Source: Octopus vulgaris
Lineage: Eukaryota
NCBI GenBank assembly: GCA_951406725.2
Contig: OX597814.1
Span: forward strand, 117,366,001 to 117,430,000
Length of the DNA stretch: 64,000 nt
Direction: 5' to 3'
The notes under the pieces are model-generated. The model was not told the origin of the DNA and made no database searches. It worked only from the letters and a program-made list of their open reading frames with translations. Numbering within the stretch: position 1 is the stretch's first letter; each line of letters opens with the position of its first letter. Position numbers and translations under genes: made by a program. This document shows, piece by piece, positions 32,191 through 46,293 of the stretch.

Positions 32191-32978
32191 GCATGTATTT
32201 AAATATTATTTTAGTTTTTTAAGCCTTAATCAAACGTCAGTATATGAATATTTGACTTCCTTTATGAATATATGAAGTTAAACTTTATGGTTATATCACC
32301 AGTCGTTTCCATTGAAATTATAAACAGTTTCATGCTGCATAATGGAAGACTGTTCAAATTATGAATATACAATTCGGAATACATAAGATTTGTAAGGTAA
32401 TGGAATTTGATATCGGTTAAAATATTGCATTTATAAAACTTCGGCGACTGACTTAAATTATTTCTATATGATATTTAGATTCAGAATCCTAAATCCTAAA
32501 TACAGTATTTAACTCTATAGAAAATATTCACTAGTGATATTAAAAAGCAAGTAATATCTTTTATGCCATTATTTCCAGAGATATTCACTGGCACCAAACG
32601 AACCACATTAGCATAATTCCGTAGTCTTATTTCTGAGAGACATTTCAGAATAGGATGGATTTTAGCGATTCGCTTTTATTCTTCTATTCTTCTAAGTTAA
32701 ATGAAACATTCCAAGGTCTATGAAGACTTCAGACATACGACTCGACTATGGTAGCCGTATTTAAAAAGGGAAATATGATATTAAACAACAACATTATCTT
32801 CAATTCTGTTTGACGCTAACAAATTCGTTTATTATATATGTTTCTTGTGGAATGAGCTCTATATTGCTAGAACTTATTATGGCTCGGATTTTCGAAAGTA
32901 ACAATAAATATAAATTTAAAGAAAGTATTGCGTGATCTAATGATTTTGTCATTGGAAAATTTTATCATCATTAAATGT

Positions 32979-33201
32979 GGCGAGCTGGCAGAAATGTTAG
33001 CACGCCGAGCGAAATGCGGTATTTCGTCTACCGCTATGTTCTGAGTTCAAATTCCGCCGACGTCGACTTTGCCTTTTATCCTTTTGGGGTCGATTAAATA
33101 AGTACCAGTTACGCACTGGGGTCGATATAATCTACATAATCCGTTTGTTTGTCCTTGTTTGTCCTCTCTGTGTTTAGCCCCTTCTGGGTAGTAAAGAAAT
33201 A
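32979..33201 (+). mobile_element. tRNA-derived SINE family B, full length
   Basis: ggcgagctggcagaaatgttag ... gagttcaaattcc (B box) ... aagtaccagttacgcactggggtcgat ... gtgtttagcccc. Confidence 0.85.
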
Positions 33202-33689
33202 GGCAAATGCTATTATCATTAAAAAGCGGTGTTGGCAGAGTCGATAAGACATCAATAAATTGATTTGTGCCATTTCTTCCACTGCTTTATGCTCCGAGTT
33301 CAAATTAACCCGAGGTAAACTAAATTTTTCATCCCTAAGAAATCGATAAAATTATATACCAGTAGATGTTATTGACCTACTGCCTGCAAAAAGATCGCTA
33401 TTTTGGACAAAATCAATTGTTATCAACATTATCAAGGCATGCGAAACGTATCATATCGGCCTGAGAAACAGGAGAGAATAGTATCAAAGTATGTCTCTCA
33501 GTTAAGAGTATGTATAAATAAGCCTAGCTTTTCTGAGAATTACCACAACTTTATAAGAACGGTAGTACTTCAACAAGACAACAGCGGTTATATACTTAGT
33601 TTCAATTTTTTCACTGCCGTCATCTGTGGTATTCACTGTATTAATCCAAAGAGTATTGAAAACGAAGTCGATAAGGAAATATTTGAACT

Positions 33690-34160
33690 GATGTAGACCA
33701 GAAGCACATCCATCAGTGGCTACGGAGCACAGGGCTAACAGCAGAGAGCGAAAGATTTATCTTAGCTGTTTAAGATCAGAGTTTATTGACCCGTAACTAC
33801 CAAGCCAATGTGATGAAATGGGGTAGTGCCGATACTGCGACAATGTGATTGAAACATTGGAGCACTTAATCTCTGGGTGTAAAGTTTGAACACCTATAGT
33901 GCATAAATCAAGATATGACGGAGTTGGCCTATATTTACACTGGTTAATGTGTCGGTATTATAAAACCAAAACTGCTGATAAATGGTACACGCACCACGCT
34001 AAGGCTGAAAGCGAGGGAGAAAATGTAACGATTCTTTGAGAATTTCCAGTTTTTGCAGACAGGACATCAAAGCTAATAAGTCAGATATTGTGAAAGACGA
34101 AAACAATAAAGTTTGTTTATTGATTGACACGAGCGTGTCTTGTGATTATAATATCTCTTG
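33690..34160 (+). mobile_element. R4/Dong-type non-LTR retrotransposon fragment (zinc knuckle to RLE region), decayed, followed by (AAT)n
   Basis: Reads HQWLRSTGLTAESERFILAV*DQSLLTRNYQ..., CRYCDNVIETLEHLISGC, RYDGVGLYLHW, which match RLE-clade motifs (EGFIxAxQDQxLxTRNY, CRxC..ETxxHIxSGC, RHDxV..lHW). Confidence 0.75.
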
Positions 34161-34177
34161 AAGGGTTGCGGCGGGGC

Positions 34178-34252
<75 letters not shown>

Positions 34253-34614
34253 CTCCAGGCTAAATAACAACATGGATGTACATTAAAAAGCTCTCTTCCC
34301 AAAACAAACTCAATCCAATAAGTGTGATGGAAAGAAAAGTTCGCAATAAAAACCGAGGGAAAATTTCTGTTAAAGCAGAGAAACTAACTGACCGGAAAGA
34401 TTTTGTCATATAAGATGTACGTTCTCTCTTAAATGCGCGATATCTCAATGCAACATACACGAGAAGTCGTAATCAGCAGTAGGAAACCTGGAAAAGCACC
34501 ACTTACGCTTTAATTACGTAATTTGAGTAGTAAACTATACATACAACTGTCCACGCATCCATGCACACATATTAATATTTATAAGCAACATAAATAATGC
34601 CTACAAGACACACG

Positions 34615-34663
<49 letters not shown>

Positions 34664-35279
34664 AATAAAAGAAAAAATACACGTGTCACAAGTGATACCG
34701 TGACAACCACAACCGAATATAAAAAGAAAATAATTAGTCACTCAGATTAAAACAGAACAAAAGAGTTATGCCGGGAAACTTAGCTAACAAAACAAATATG
34801 ATAACTATATCCATTCGAAGAACAAGGAAACGGCCAGGTCAAAAAGTTAACTCAAAACAAACAGACCTGTCTCCTATTGTTACTGTCAATGCTTAATGAC
34901 AAGCCAAAACTCACGCAGAATCGGTCATCACAAGGACCGCGTTACTCAGTGGGGAACCTTTTGTTAAATTTTGTTTCGAAAATACCTGCTGATGAAACAA
35001 ACTCTCTAAAAACGATCTACTAGGTAACCAGGAACAGGATAACCCAAACACTCGACTTGTAGTGACTCCACCAAAAATTTCACCTGAAGCCAAATGCATA
35101 ACATGGATTAGCGAGGATTATAGAGATGTGTTGAAAGCTTTCTATACAGATCAACTAAATCAAAACAATACACTCATAGAACAAACGGCCCCACACACGC
35201 TCACCCCTCAGAAATCATTGCTAGAAGCGAAGGAAATTGTTGCAGGTGACCTAACATGAGAGCATGTCTACGCATTTCG

Positions 35280-36965
35280 AGTCACGGCATACCTAATGTG
35301 CCACTCAGAGGATGCTGGCAACATACTGATCGCCTGGACATTGGAACGCATCCTTCGACAGGAATTTTAATATGAGACGACCCAACCTGATCGAGCAATA
35401 ATCCGTTCAAGGCACGACGGAGATAAATGATAACGGAGGCGAGGTAAACATTCGCCACCTCTACCAGATGTTTCAGGGATAACTTACTTTCAGGCCATTT
35501 CTGGGTGAGACTGGCCACTTTGTTCGTCACCTCATCCAAATTATTATCAACCTGGAGGTAGGAAGGAAATCAGACCCCGAGTACTTTAAACGGTCCGTCG
35601 GTCCACCGTCCGGCGACGCCGTCCGATGGCATCGTCCTCCCTCTCCAGGAGTCCAACCGTAAACCAAGCTATTTGTCGGCCAAGATTTTAGCCCCTTCAA
35701 ACGACTTTAGGATGGTGCCGACCTTCTCCACTTCGGAGGCATTACATACAATGACGGTAACGTCGTCTGTGTAAGTTGACACTGCACTTCCTTGTTCCAG
35801 TTCGAAAGGGATGCCCCTTAGCTGTTGTAACTTCCACAACAGCGGCTCAAGTGCCAATACGTATAGAAGAGGCGCAGGCAGGCAGCCCTGACGGGCCGAG
35901 TGGGCGATACCAAACGGCTCCGACAGGTAGCCACTTATTTTGAACACTAAACAGGTGCCGCTGTGCACTACAGTAATCCAGCCTCTGAAAACGGATCCGA
36001 AACTGCTTTCTTTCACAGTACTTTCCAAGTAACGATGGTCGACCTTATCGACTGCTGTTGATTGATACAAATAGTCCCAGCCCTCTCTATGATGTATCGC
36101 ATAATGTGGAAGTTGTGGGAAGACCTGTTCGGGATTATGCACCTTAGGGCTTCTCCAACTACGCTACTGACTAGCGCAAACCTTTTCGCTAACACTTTGG
36201 CCAAAATCTTAAACTCTCTGTTTATCAAAGTTTGGGGCCGAAAATTATAGGCCTCCCCCCTCAGCCATGTCACCGCACCTCTGCAAACAGCACTAGGAAT
36301 TCTCTCGTTCCATTGTTGTTGCAGTAGACACCTGCCAAACAGTCGCCAAACGAATCTGGCATGGATACATAGAATTTATAGAGCAGACCATCGAAACCGG
36401 GCGATCTGTGACTTGTGCAATCGCTGATCACCTACCAAATTTCAGTGGCTGTTATCGTCCAGGTACGAAGTAAAGTCCAGTGCGTTCCGCAACCCATCGC
36501 TCTCTCTCAGAAGCCGCACACATCTGCTCGTATTCGCGTAGCACGCACAAATCCAGATCTGTCAAAAGCTTGATCGTGGTTTTGTTTTCACGTCGCGTCA
36601 CCACAGTTCGCGCGCATCAGACAGCCAAACGGCCCTTAGCTCTAAAAACACAAACTTCGTGTTTCGTTTCCAAGAAATGATCGAGGGTCATCCTCGCCGC
36701 TAACATATCGGTCGTACACCGTTTTTAATCGCTCTTCTAATATAACTACTTCATCCTCTGATCTATTCCTTTCTATTGCTATCTCCTTGCTAAACGCCAT
36801 TGATTCTGCTCCAAACGCCCTCTTCAGGGCGGCCCACTACCGATTATTGAAGATGTTCCCCGTCAACTATTTCAGTAATCCGGTACCTGTAGTCTTTGTG
36901 AGCCGGGAAGGACGCGTTTAACTTCCAGTAACCGGGATCCTATCCATTAACCGAGATTCCTAACT
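35280..36965 (-). mobile_element. Tx1/L1-clade LINE ORF2 relic (RT), with many frameshifts
   Basis: FRPQTLINREFKILAKVLAKR, AVDKVDHRYL, RQGCLPAPLLYVLALEPLL, YTDDVTV, W-DEVTNKV, HPLSGTLGMP in colinear order. Confidence 0.85.
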
Positions 36966-36976
36966 CAACTGTGTTC

Positions 36977-37092
<116 letters not shown>

Positions 37093-37108
37093 TAATAATA
37101 ATAATAAT

Positions 37109-37925
37109 ATTAAATCGCGGAAGGTAAAGAAAATGTACGGTCAGTTTTCAGGAGATGTGAAGGCCAAGACAGTTACAGATGACCGGTGGCCGTCGAGGAG
37201 AAGGAGTGACCTGAAGATAGAGACAGAAGCCATCATATGCACAGCTCAGGAGCAACGTTAATGACCAATAGTGACAAATGCAGAATGTGTAGTGAGAGGG
37301 GTGAATATGTACGGCACATCGTTAACGAATGCTCGAAATTGGCAAAACGCGAACACAAAACACGCCATGACAATGTGGCAAATATGATCCATTAGCAAAG
37401 AGCCTACAAAGAGCAAAGATGTGGTATGAGAAAAAAAAAACTCTATGAATCACCGGAAATCAGATTTGCAAAATCTTGTAGGATGCAATGATCCATTTCG
37501 ATCACTCGACCAGACATAGGGAACCGGACACTGTTGTGGTCAATAAAAGAGAAAGAACATGTACGATAATCGACATAGGATGCGCCAGTGACAACAGGAT
37601 CACTGTGAAAGATGAAATAAAAATAAACAACTATGACGATTTGAAGTGGGAATTACAAAGGTTGTCGTCAGTGAAGAGAGTAGACGTGATACCAATAGAA
37701 ATTGGTGCACTTGGAATTATCAGTACTAAACTACCAGCATGGAAATATAAGATTGGGTCAGGCGTGAAATTAGAACACTTACAATAATCAGCATTGCTTG
37801 GCACTGCAACAATTCTTCGCAGTGTCCTTGAAGCATGACCAGTAAACAAGTGTCACCTTAGTCTACTGGCTGTAGACAGCTGATACTACTTTGCATCATA
37901 ACCAGCAAAATTAGCTGTGAGTTTT
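37109..37925 (+). mobile_element. R4/Dong-type non-LTR retrotransposon 3' end (RLE endonuclease), directly after a long (AAT)n
   Basis: MYGQF..SDLKIETEAIICTAQEQ; CRMC...HIVNECSKLAKREHKTRHDNVA; REPDTVVVNK...IIDIGC...KINNYDDL (PD-(D/E)xK nuclease); IPIEIGALG; SALLGTATILRSVL. Confidence 0.85.
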
Positions 37926-38181
37926 TATATAATGGTAGTAATAACAATGCTTTTAAATATTACCACAAGGGCAGCAATTTTGAGGAAGGGGTTAAGTCGA
38001 TTAGATCGACCCAAGTGGACATCTGGTACTTATTTAATTGAACTCGAAAGAAAGGAAGCGTAGTAGTAGGAGGAGGAGAAGGAGGAGGGGATGTAATAAT
38101 AATAATTATAATTATAACTTTTCTCATCATTACTCACCCACTTCCTCCTCCTCCTCCTACTACTACTACAACAACAACTAT

Positions 38182-38223
<42 letters not shown>

Positions 38224-38912
38224 TACTACTACAACAACAATACTGATAATTATAATCAGTAATTTATAACTACATATTAATGATCTGACAGCAACCAATT
38301 AATATTCCACGTTTTATATGCAACATTTTATAGATATTTCATTGTTTGCGTTCGTCAATATTGATGAGCTGTAAATGAACTAATTATATATTTACAAATT
38401 GCGAAAATTCTGGATTTGATTTAATCTACTAATTACAGTTATCGTAAAACATCTCTTCGAACACTTTCTTATCAGCTTATCTATTCAACGATATATAGAA
38501 ACATTATGAATTTGGGTTGCACCAAAATAACAAGAGCTGCAGCACAAGTTCAACTAACACCTTGATTTCCTACAAACAGGAATAAATACAGTGAATGAAA
38601 CACATTTATTTGTTAATTAATTCCATTTAAGAAGTGTAGTATCTGTGGAAATTGGTAAGTAATTTTTGAACATTATTAACCTTATGTGCTAAAAGTGGAA
38701 GTACGTACGTATGTATGCATGTATGTATATAGGTAAGGATATTTATATATGACAGAGCACTCAATTCCGTGTGAGATAATTGCCACTTAATGAATGAAGT
38801 TGATATAGACACATACAAACACAGTCATGGGCGCGCACACACACACATGCGCACACACTTGCAAATGCGCACGCATGGATAGCTAGCTAGCTAGCTAGAT
38901 AGATAGATAGAT

Positions 38913-38954
<42 letters not shown>

Positions 38955-38972
38955 TGATAGATATAGATAGAT

Positions 38973-39052
<80 letters not shown>

Positions 39053-39460
39053 TCAGTGATATTCAGGTGCATTTTTGCGTTTCTAAAGGATGTTTAGATC
39101 ATGCACGATGTGCTGTCGAAGCCCGTCCGATTACTGTAATATCCGAACATGAAACTTGAAGTAGTTCATGTGTAATTGCTCTATTCAATGATACTGACGT
39201 ATTTTGATATTCATGTGTGTATGGACATGCGCATCTATATGTGTGGTAATACATGTATCCATTCATCAACCCATACAATCAGACTCACATAGGAATGTTT
39301 GTATGTGTTTGTGTGCATGTTTGTGTGCGCTCACAAGCCGCCTGAAAGAAATTCTCCTTCCATCAAAAGGTCCCGTTTCCATTTCAAGGGCATGTTATTG
39401 ATATCCAATGCTGTGTTTGATACAAGTTTTTCAAGGGAAATTTTGTAAAATGTATCTGTA

Positions 39461-40746
39461 CGAGGGGCGTTCAATAAGTAATACCCCTGACCCACTTCCC
39501 ATAGTAGTAGAGCAACGAAACTTGGCACAGTTATTAGTCTTTTTCTACATAAGAACCACCCAGAGTTACGCATTTCTCCCATCGTTTGATGCAGCTCTGG
39601 AGACCGTTTTTGTAGAAGACCTCAGCTTGGTCCTCCAACCACGACGTGACTTCAGATATCAAGGCTGCATCATCTGGGAAACGGTTTCCTTTCAAAAACA
39701 ACTTCATAGCTGGGAAGAGGTGAAAATCAGAGGGTGCAAGGTCAGGAGAGTAGGGGGATGGGGGAGAAGTTCATAGCTGCTCGCCTGTACTTCTGATCTG
39801 GCGAGATGCGAGTTGTGGACCGGAGCGTTGTCCTGCAGGAGGAGGATACCTTTGCTGATCTTGCCCCGCCTCTTGATTTTGATAGCTTCTCTTAATTTCC
39901 TCAAAAGTGAAGCATAATAGGCTCCTGTAATTGTGGTACCCTTTGCCAGGAAATCTGTCATCACTACTCCGTCCTGGTCCCAGAAGACTGTGAACATGAC
40001 CTTGCCAGCGGATGGCTGCACCCTTGCCTTCTTTGGAGGGGGTGCGTCACGGTGCTTCCACTGCATTGACAGGGCTTTGGTCTCTGGATCATAGTGATGG
40101 ACCCAGGTCTCATTCTGTGTAATCAGTCTTTTGAAAATTTTTTACTCATCTTCTTGGCACATCTCCAAATTCATCCTCGAGCACTCGACGCTTTCTTGCT
40201 TCTGGAAAGGTGTGAGCAACCTGAGAATCCATCTGGCAAACACCTTTTGCATATGCAAATGGTCATGAATGATACTTTCCACAGATCCGGTACTAATCTT
40301 GACCTCATGGGCTATTTGGCGAATAGTTATGCGTCGATTTTCCAAAATGGCAGCCTCAACTTGACGGACAGATGCCTCATCAATGGCAGAAGCGGGGCGA
40401 CCAGATCTAGGAGCTGTTTCCACAGAATTCCAACTATGTTTGAATTCACGATGCCAGCGTTTTACAAGGTCATATGATTGGGCATCATCACCATAAGTTA
40501 CTTTCATTTCATCAAAAGTCTCCCGTGGTGTGCAACCTTTCAAATACAAAAACTGGATCACTGCTCGACACTCAACAGGCTCCATTTCACACTTGACTCA
40601 GTTCAAACACCTGTAAATCAGAAACCACAATTAGTTCAGAGCTGTAATTTGCCACTTAATCTATAGAAATATAAATAATTGCAAAATTTCAGCTAGATCA
40701 AACAATTGCAAGTGGATCAGAGGCATTACTTATTGAATGCCCCTCG
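39461..40746 (-). mobile_element. Full-length mariner (DD34D) DNA transposon, defective
   Basis: ~38-bp TIRs (cgaggggcgttcaataagtaatacccctgacccactt / aagtggatcagaggcattacttattgaatgcccctcg) with TA on both flanks (39459-60, 40747-48); length 1286 bp. Confidence 0.95.
39534..40585 (-). pseudogene. Mariner transposase, frameshifted
   Basis: HTH (VKRWHREFK, PRSGRP), WILRLLT (WVPxxL), ITQNETW (first catalytic D replaced by N), QDNAPVH, YSPDLAPSDF in shifted frames, ending GGSYVEKD*. Confidence 0.9.
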
Positions 40747-40979
40747 TATTTTGTAACTGGATGAGAAAGTACAGCCTTATTACACAATATTCCTAGTTGA
40801 AGATCATATTAATTATGTACCTCTCTAATCAAACACTGTCATAAGAAGCAGATTTAGCAGGTAATTCTGAAATCTTATATACAACTCTAAGTAATTGTAT
40901 TTCTTTTTACTTACTCCTTAACCTTGTTCTTGTCCCCGATTTTGTGATTGTATTTATTCCACTTAGCCCTGGTCTTATT

Positions 40980-41360
40980 TTCCTTGTCTTCCCCACCCCC
41001 TTAAAACAAATATTACAAGATACCCAAGGCTGAACAACATGTTGGCACGAATGTTCTTGGTCAGGGTTAACTGGATGTTAAACGGTAAGTTATTAATAAA
41101 CCATTCTAAACATGGGATTATAGAATGGAGACAGGTTTGGTGACTTCCTATCCTCACCAAACAAGTCTAAGCAAATGCGATTCTGGATCTCTGACATTAG
41201 TTGAGGCTGGCCTGTACTACAAGTATTGCATCATAAATATGTTCATATATTTTGTCTACTATTTTAACTCATTACTTTCACCCATTCGTTTCTTACGTTC
41301 ACCTTTGTATATATATCTCCACAAATTGGAAACTACTCGTAACATCTCCCTCATTAGACG
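40980..41360 (-). pseudogene. Possible decayed PLE RT fragment
   Basis: RPASTNVRDPESHLLRL and WFINNL resemble PLE RT motifs RPIxSxxxSPTYxL and FINxL; weak. Confidence 0.3.
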
Positions 41361-42400
41361 ACCTCTGTTCAATAAAAGAAATTATATATTTGTAGAATTA
41401 TTGTTCTTATTATTATTAATATTAAATTTATATGCGATAAGCTAATTGAGTTAGCATCATTGGCATTCGGTTCCTGTGTTACGACTTATAATTTATCTTG
41501 AATATCCTCAAGGTTAAGACGCAATTCTCGTAATTTAATCTAACCTGTTAAACCGTTAGCTAATATAAATTGAAGAAAACCAACAGAGAAGTTATGGTTT
41601 ATATAAAGCAAGACTTTACAACGGTATTGCTTCGTCTGATCAGTTGGATGTTTATATCACAATACATAATTATGTATCTCTGTCTGAGAACCTATCTTAT
41701 ATGATTTGGGACTTCGCGTAGGTTATACCATATTTAATCATTAATAATGATTTGTTATTTATGCTCAATGTTAAGCAATTTTGAATGGATAAGTTTTAAC
41801 TCATATCATTGATCTAAGTACTTGACTGGTATTTCTTTTTCATGATCCTTGGAGAATGAAACCAAAGTTGACTTAGGCCAGATTTGAATTCAGAAAGTGC
41901 AAGAACAAACTCTGCTATTTATTCCAATGCCATTACGCTTCTGCCATTCTATCGCCCTTATTTAATTCTTAATAATAGTCTCAAACTTTGGCATAACGTC
42001 GGCAATAGGGGAAGGTTTTAGTACATGACTGGTACTTTATTTTATCGGCCATGAAATGATAAGCGTTAAATTGACTTTACTAGCTTTCGAAATCAGAATG
42101 TAAACTACAAGAACAAACAACACATCGATTTATTCTGATGTCCAAACAATTTTGCTAGTCCACCGCCATTATTAATCACTAATAATATACATTCATTTTA
42201 TATGGTAAAATATTACCTTCTGGTGATACTACCCAGGAATTTTGAATTGTGAAAATCATATAGTAAAATGAACGGTAGAATACAGAATTACGCAAGTATT
42301 CTTAGATAGGTTTACATAGTCATTTCCACAAGTACATTAAATTAGCTTTACAAAAATATCAGAAGCGTAGTTGACAAAAGTCGATAATGTAATGTGAGCA

Positions 42401-42786
42401 GACGTAGGAGTGGCTGTGTGGGAAGTAGCTTGCTTACCAACCACATTGTTCCGGGTTCAGTCCTTGGGCAAGTGTCTTCTACTATAGCCTCTGGCCGACC
42501 AAAGCCTTGTGAGTGGGTTTGGTAGGCGGAAACTGAATGAATCCCGTCATATATATGTATATACATATATGTGTGTGTTTGTGTATATGTTTGTGTGTCT
42601 CCCCCCCCCCCAACAATTGCTGTTGTGTTTACGTCCCCGTAACTTAGCGATTCGGCAAAAGAGACCGATAGAAAAAGTACTAGGCTTTTAAAGAATACGT
42701 CGTGGGTGTCGATGTCCTCGACTAAAGGCAGTGCTCCAGCATGGTCGCAGTCAAATGACTGAAACGAGTAAAAGAGTTAAAGAGAG
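42401..42786 (+). mobile_element. SINE family A
   Basis: Head, body, internal microsatellite and tail as in 30785-31220. Confidence 0.88.
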
Positions 42787-43317
42787 AGACGTAAGAAATT
42801 ACTGTAAAAGATTTTTGCAAAAAGTCCGACTTCATTGCCAACGTGTCACCGGGCACAAATTATTAGTAGTAGCTTTGTGCTCATCAAACAAGGCTAAATA
42901 TTTTGGGGTTTTAAGAAAAGGGAATTTAATCTCCCACAGCATACTAATAAAATCTAGTGAACCGAATTTAGGCGGTTGAAATAAAAATAAAAAAACATTA
43001 AAAGGATTTGTGCTACTTACGGCAGTTTTGTGAAGAAGTGGTGTCTGCAGATACAATGCTCTGGTTTCGAATCCAATACGAATTAGTACTTTGCTATAGA
43101 AATTTCAAAGGCTTAACAAGGGCCAGCAGTTTGTATGAGTTTACCATTTTGTCGTTCTTTTAAACTTGCGATAAAACAAACACCGGTGGTTTGCTGAGAT
43201 AATTTGCAGACTTATAGGCACTCTCATGAAACTGACGCTATTAGAAATTCCTCCAATATTTTTTCCACAAAAAATAAGTAAACAAAACAGGAATAAAATA
43301 TGTTTATCATCCAGGTA

Positions 43318-43519
43318 TTTACTCTCTTACTCTTTTACTCGTTTACTTGTTTCAGTCATTTGACTGGTCATGCCGGAGCACCGCCATTAGTCGAGCAAGT
43401 GGAACCAGGACTTCTTCTCTGTAAGCCTAGTGCTTATTCTATCCTCTAAGTTACAGAGACGTAAACACACCAGCATCGGTTGTCAAGCGATGTTGGGGGG
43501 ACAAACACAGACACACAAA

Positions 43520-43551
<32 letters not shown>

Positions 43552-43742
43552 TACACACACATACATATATATACATATATACGACAGGCTTCTTTCAGTT
43601 TCCCTCTACCAAATCCACTCACAAGGCTTTGGTCGGCCCGAGGCTATAGTTGAAGATACTTGCCCAAGGTGCCACGCAGTGGGACTGAACCCAGAACCTT
43701 GTGGCTGGTAAGCAAGCTACTTACCACACAGTCACTCCTACG
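43318..43742 (-). mobile_element. SINE family A
   Basis: Reverse complement of a full family A copy. Confidence 0.88.
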
Positions 43743-44381
43743 TGAATATTCTTTCATTTACACTTCTTTTGAGTAGCCTAAGGAATTCAGAGAGAATGCA
43801 CATGTTATCTTGAAAACAATCTTATAAATAAATGGTTGAACTATAAGGTAAAGCAGATTAATAGTAAAAAATTATTGCAGCAATGAAGATAACTTGGAAA
43901 CAAATTTTAAAATATTCATAACTTTTCTACGGTTAAAAGGTCAAACGTAAATCCTATCGAATAGAAAAATAAAGTATTACCGCACAGCTTGACAATACAC
44001 TTTTGTCATTAGCATTGTCGCTAAGAGATGTGATACTCAAAGCAACACAATTCTTAAAGCATAAACCAAGAAAATCAATAACTTGTTAAAGATAAAATAG
44101 TGAATTTTAGGTCATCAAATTGATATTTGTAGTGATTCCTTTTGTTACAACTAAGCATGATATAATCAGTCAAAATGACATGTGCAGAGGCAAACACATT
44201 GTATTTGTGGTTGCAAAGATTATTTGGCAACGACGGTATTTCGGGTTCGATGCCACCATGTTGAAAATTAATCGCTTGTCTTTATCACCCGCTCAGGTAA
44301 ATTTAATAATCCAATGAAAGTCAGCTGTATGTCAATTTATAGATGTAGCTATTTACAAAAATAGAGAGGTACATATAAACG

Positions 44382-44413
<32 letters not shown>

Positions 44414-44879
44414 CATACATACATACATACATACATACTTACATACATACGTATATGTATATATCATTTATGTATGCACATTTAAAGTATATGTGTGTAT
44501 CTACAAACGCATATTTATGTGTATATGTGCTTAGATATGTGTGCTTATGTGCATGTGTGTAGACGAGGCCGAAGTCTCAATTTATCTCTCAATCATTCCT
44601 AATAACAATACTAATAACCTCCACGAGATATCCGTGCATGCGATTTGGCGTCACGTTTCAGGGAAATTTGAAAGGTTACCTTCTGTTTGGGTTTCAGAAA
44701 GAAACCAGCCTCTCTTGGAATATTTACATTTACATTTCCGATATAAAATTTCAGAATTTACCATACTAAAATGACATTTGAAAAAAATCGCGCGTTTTTA
44801 TTGCGGTTCGGTGTATGGCATAAGGTCTGCAAATCTAACGGAGGCCTCAAAATACATTTTAAAACCCACAAAATCAGAA

Positions 44880-45040
44880 CTTAGCTGCAGGTCTTTGTGG
44901 TCCAAATCCGATAGGCAATCTGTGTGGGTATCTTTTCAAAACGTCTGGTTTACAAATCCACATCAGACACCATGATGGATCTAAGGTGGAGGTACAGGAG
45001 GTGGTCAGACTCTGTACAAGGTGTAGACAACCACCTTATG
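44880..45040 (+). pseudogene. Possible Tc1/mariner-superfamily transposase C-terminal relic
   Basis: LCGYLF / RLVYKSTSDTMMDLRWR resembles LWGYLKxxVYxxxPxTxxDLKxRI; frameshifted. Confidence 0.3.
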
Positions 45041-45159
45041 TAGGTATATATATATATATATATATATACATACACACACACATATATACATACAAACACA
45101 CACACACGCGTGCACACACACACACACATAAATGTATATGTATAAACAATGTGAGGTAA

Positions 45160-45880
45160 ATGCAAGGTAAATCACAAGAAAACAAATATGTGTATTAATA
45201 TAGACTTACCTTGTATTGAATATTTCGGGGTTAGGAGCCCATCTTCAAGAAATTGATGAATGTTGCCGATGTACGTGTGCGTGAGCATCTGTGGAGTTGA
45301 TATGCGCAGAAGGGTGTTGCTATAGCAACCAGGTAGTTTCATGTAACTCTCTTCTATTGTTGATCTTAATTTTCTTCTGGTGTATGAGGATGGTCTCAGA
45401 TATTCTAATGTTGCACCTGCTCCGCTGTGTTGCCTTATTGTGCACTGTGAATTCCAGGGTCTAGCATTCCCGTAGAGGTAACTACGCGGAAATGTCTGCC
45501 CGCATGTGTTCCTTAATGCGTGTATGCAGCAGGGTCATTGATGGGGCAGTTCGACAATGTGCACTCCTCAGACTAGTGAGATGTGTTGTTCTTGTACAGA
45601 GCTTTTCTCGGGGAAGGGTCGGTATACATTATCTCTATGTCGAGTCCTTCCCTGCGGACAGCGTGCCGTATCGCTGAACTCCACACACGCTCACACACGC
45701 GCACATCTATGACATTCGTCAATTTCTAGAAAATGGGCTCATACCCCGACATATTGAATATAAGATAAGTCTATATTAATTCACATATTTGTTTTCTTAT
45801 GATTTACCATGCATTCATTTCGCATTGATTTGGCCTTACCCGCGATCTTTTATACAACATATTCTACAGAATGCCACAGA
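45160..45880 (-). mobile_element. Truncated Penelope-like element: GIY-YIG C-terminus flanked by inverted pLTR copies (~45160-45300 and ~45675-45815)
   Basis: Minus strand LLHTRIKEHMR and IRISETILIHQKKIKINNR (GIY-YIG R..EH and E..I.....N motifs). The flanks are diverged reverse complements, each with a hammerhead-like TTGAAGA-T-GGG..CCC-GAAA relic. Confidence 0.7.
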
Positions 45881-45881
45881 G

Positions 45882-45924
<43 letters not shown>

Positions 45925-45929
<5 letters not shown>

Positions 45930-46178
45930 TTAGAGACAAAACCACAATTATGCAAATCAAACAAAGAAAGACTTAATCCAATACATAAAAAATTTATGTG
46001 GGGAATTTAATTTTATTTAATTTATATAAAATTTTTTATGTATTGGATTAAGTCTTTCTTTGTTTGATTTGCATAATAGTGGTTTTGTCTCTAATTAATA
46101 TTATATAATATTTTACTATAAAATTGGATTCAGTCCTAAATCTGATTTTTCCCTGTAAATTTGGATTTATTCCCTAAT
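45925..46178. repeat. Foldback (~72-bp arms, 45925-46099) with a one-sided tail; same family as the foldback in the 17-20 kb triplication
   Basis: taattagagacaaaaccac...aatccaatacataaaaaattt and its reverse complement; the tail cctaaatctgatttttccctgtaaatttggatttattccctaata is the reverse complement of 18360-18405. Confidence 0.9.
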
Positions 46179-46214
46179 ATTTATTATATATATATATATA
46201 TATATAAATATATA

Positions 46215-46293
<79 letters not shown>

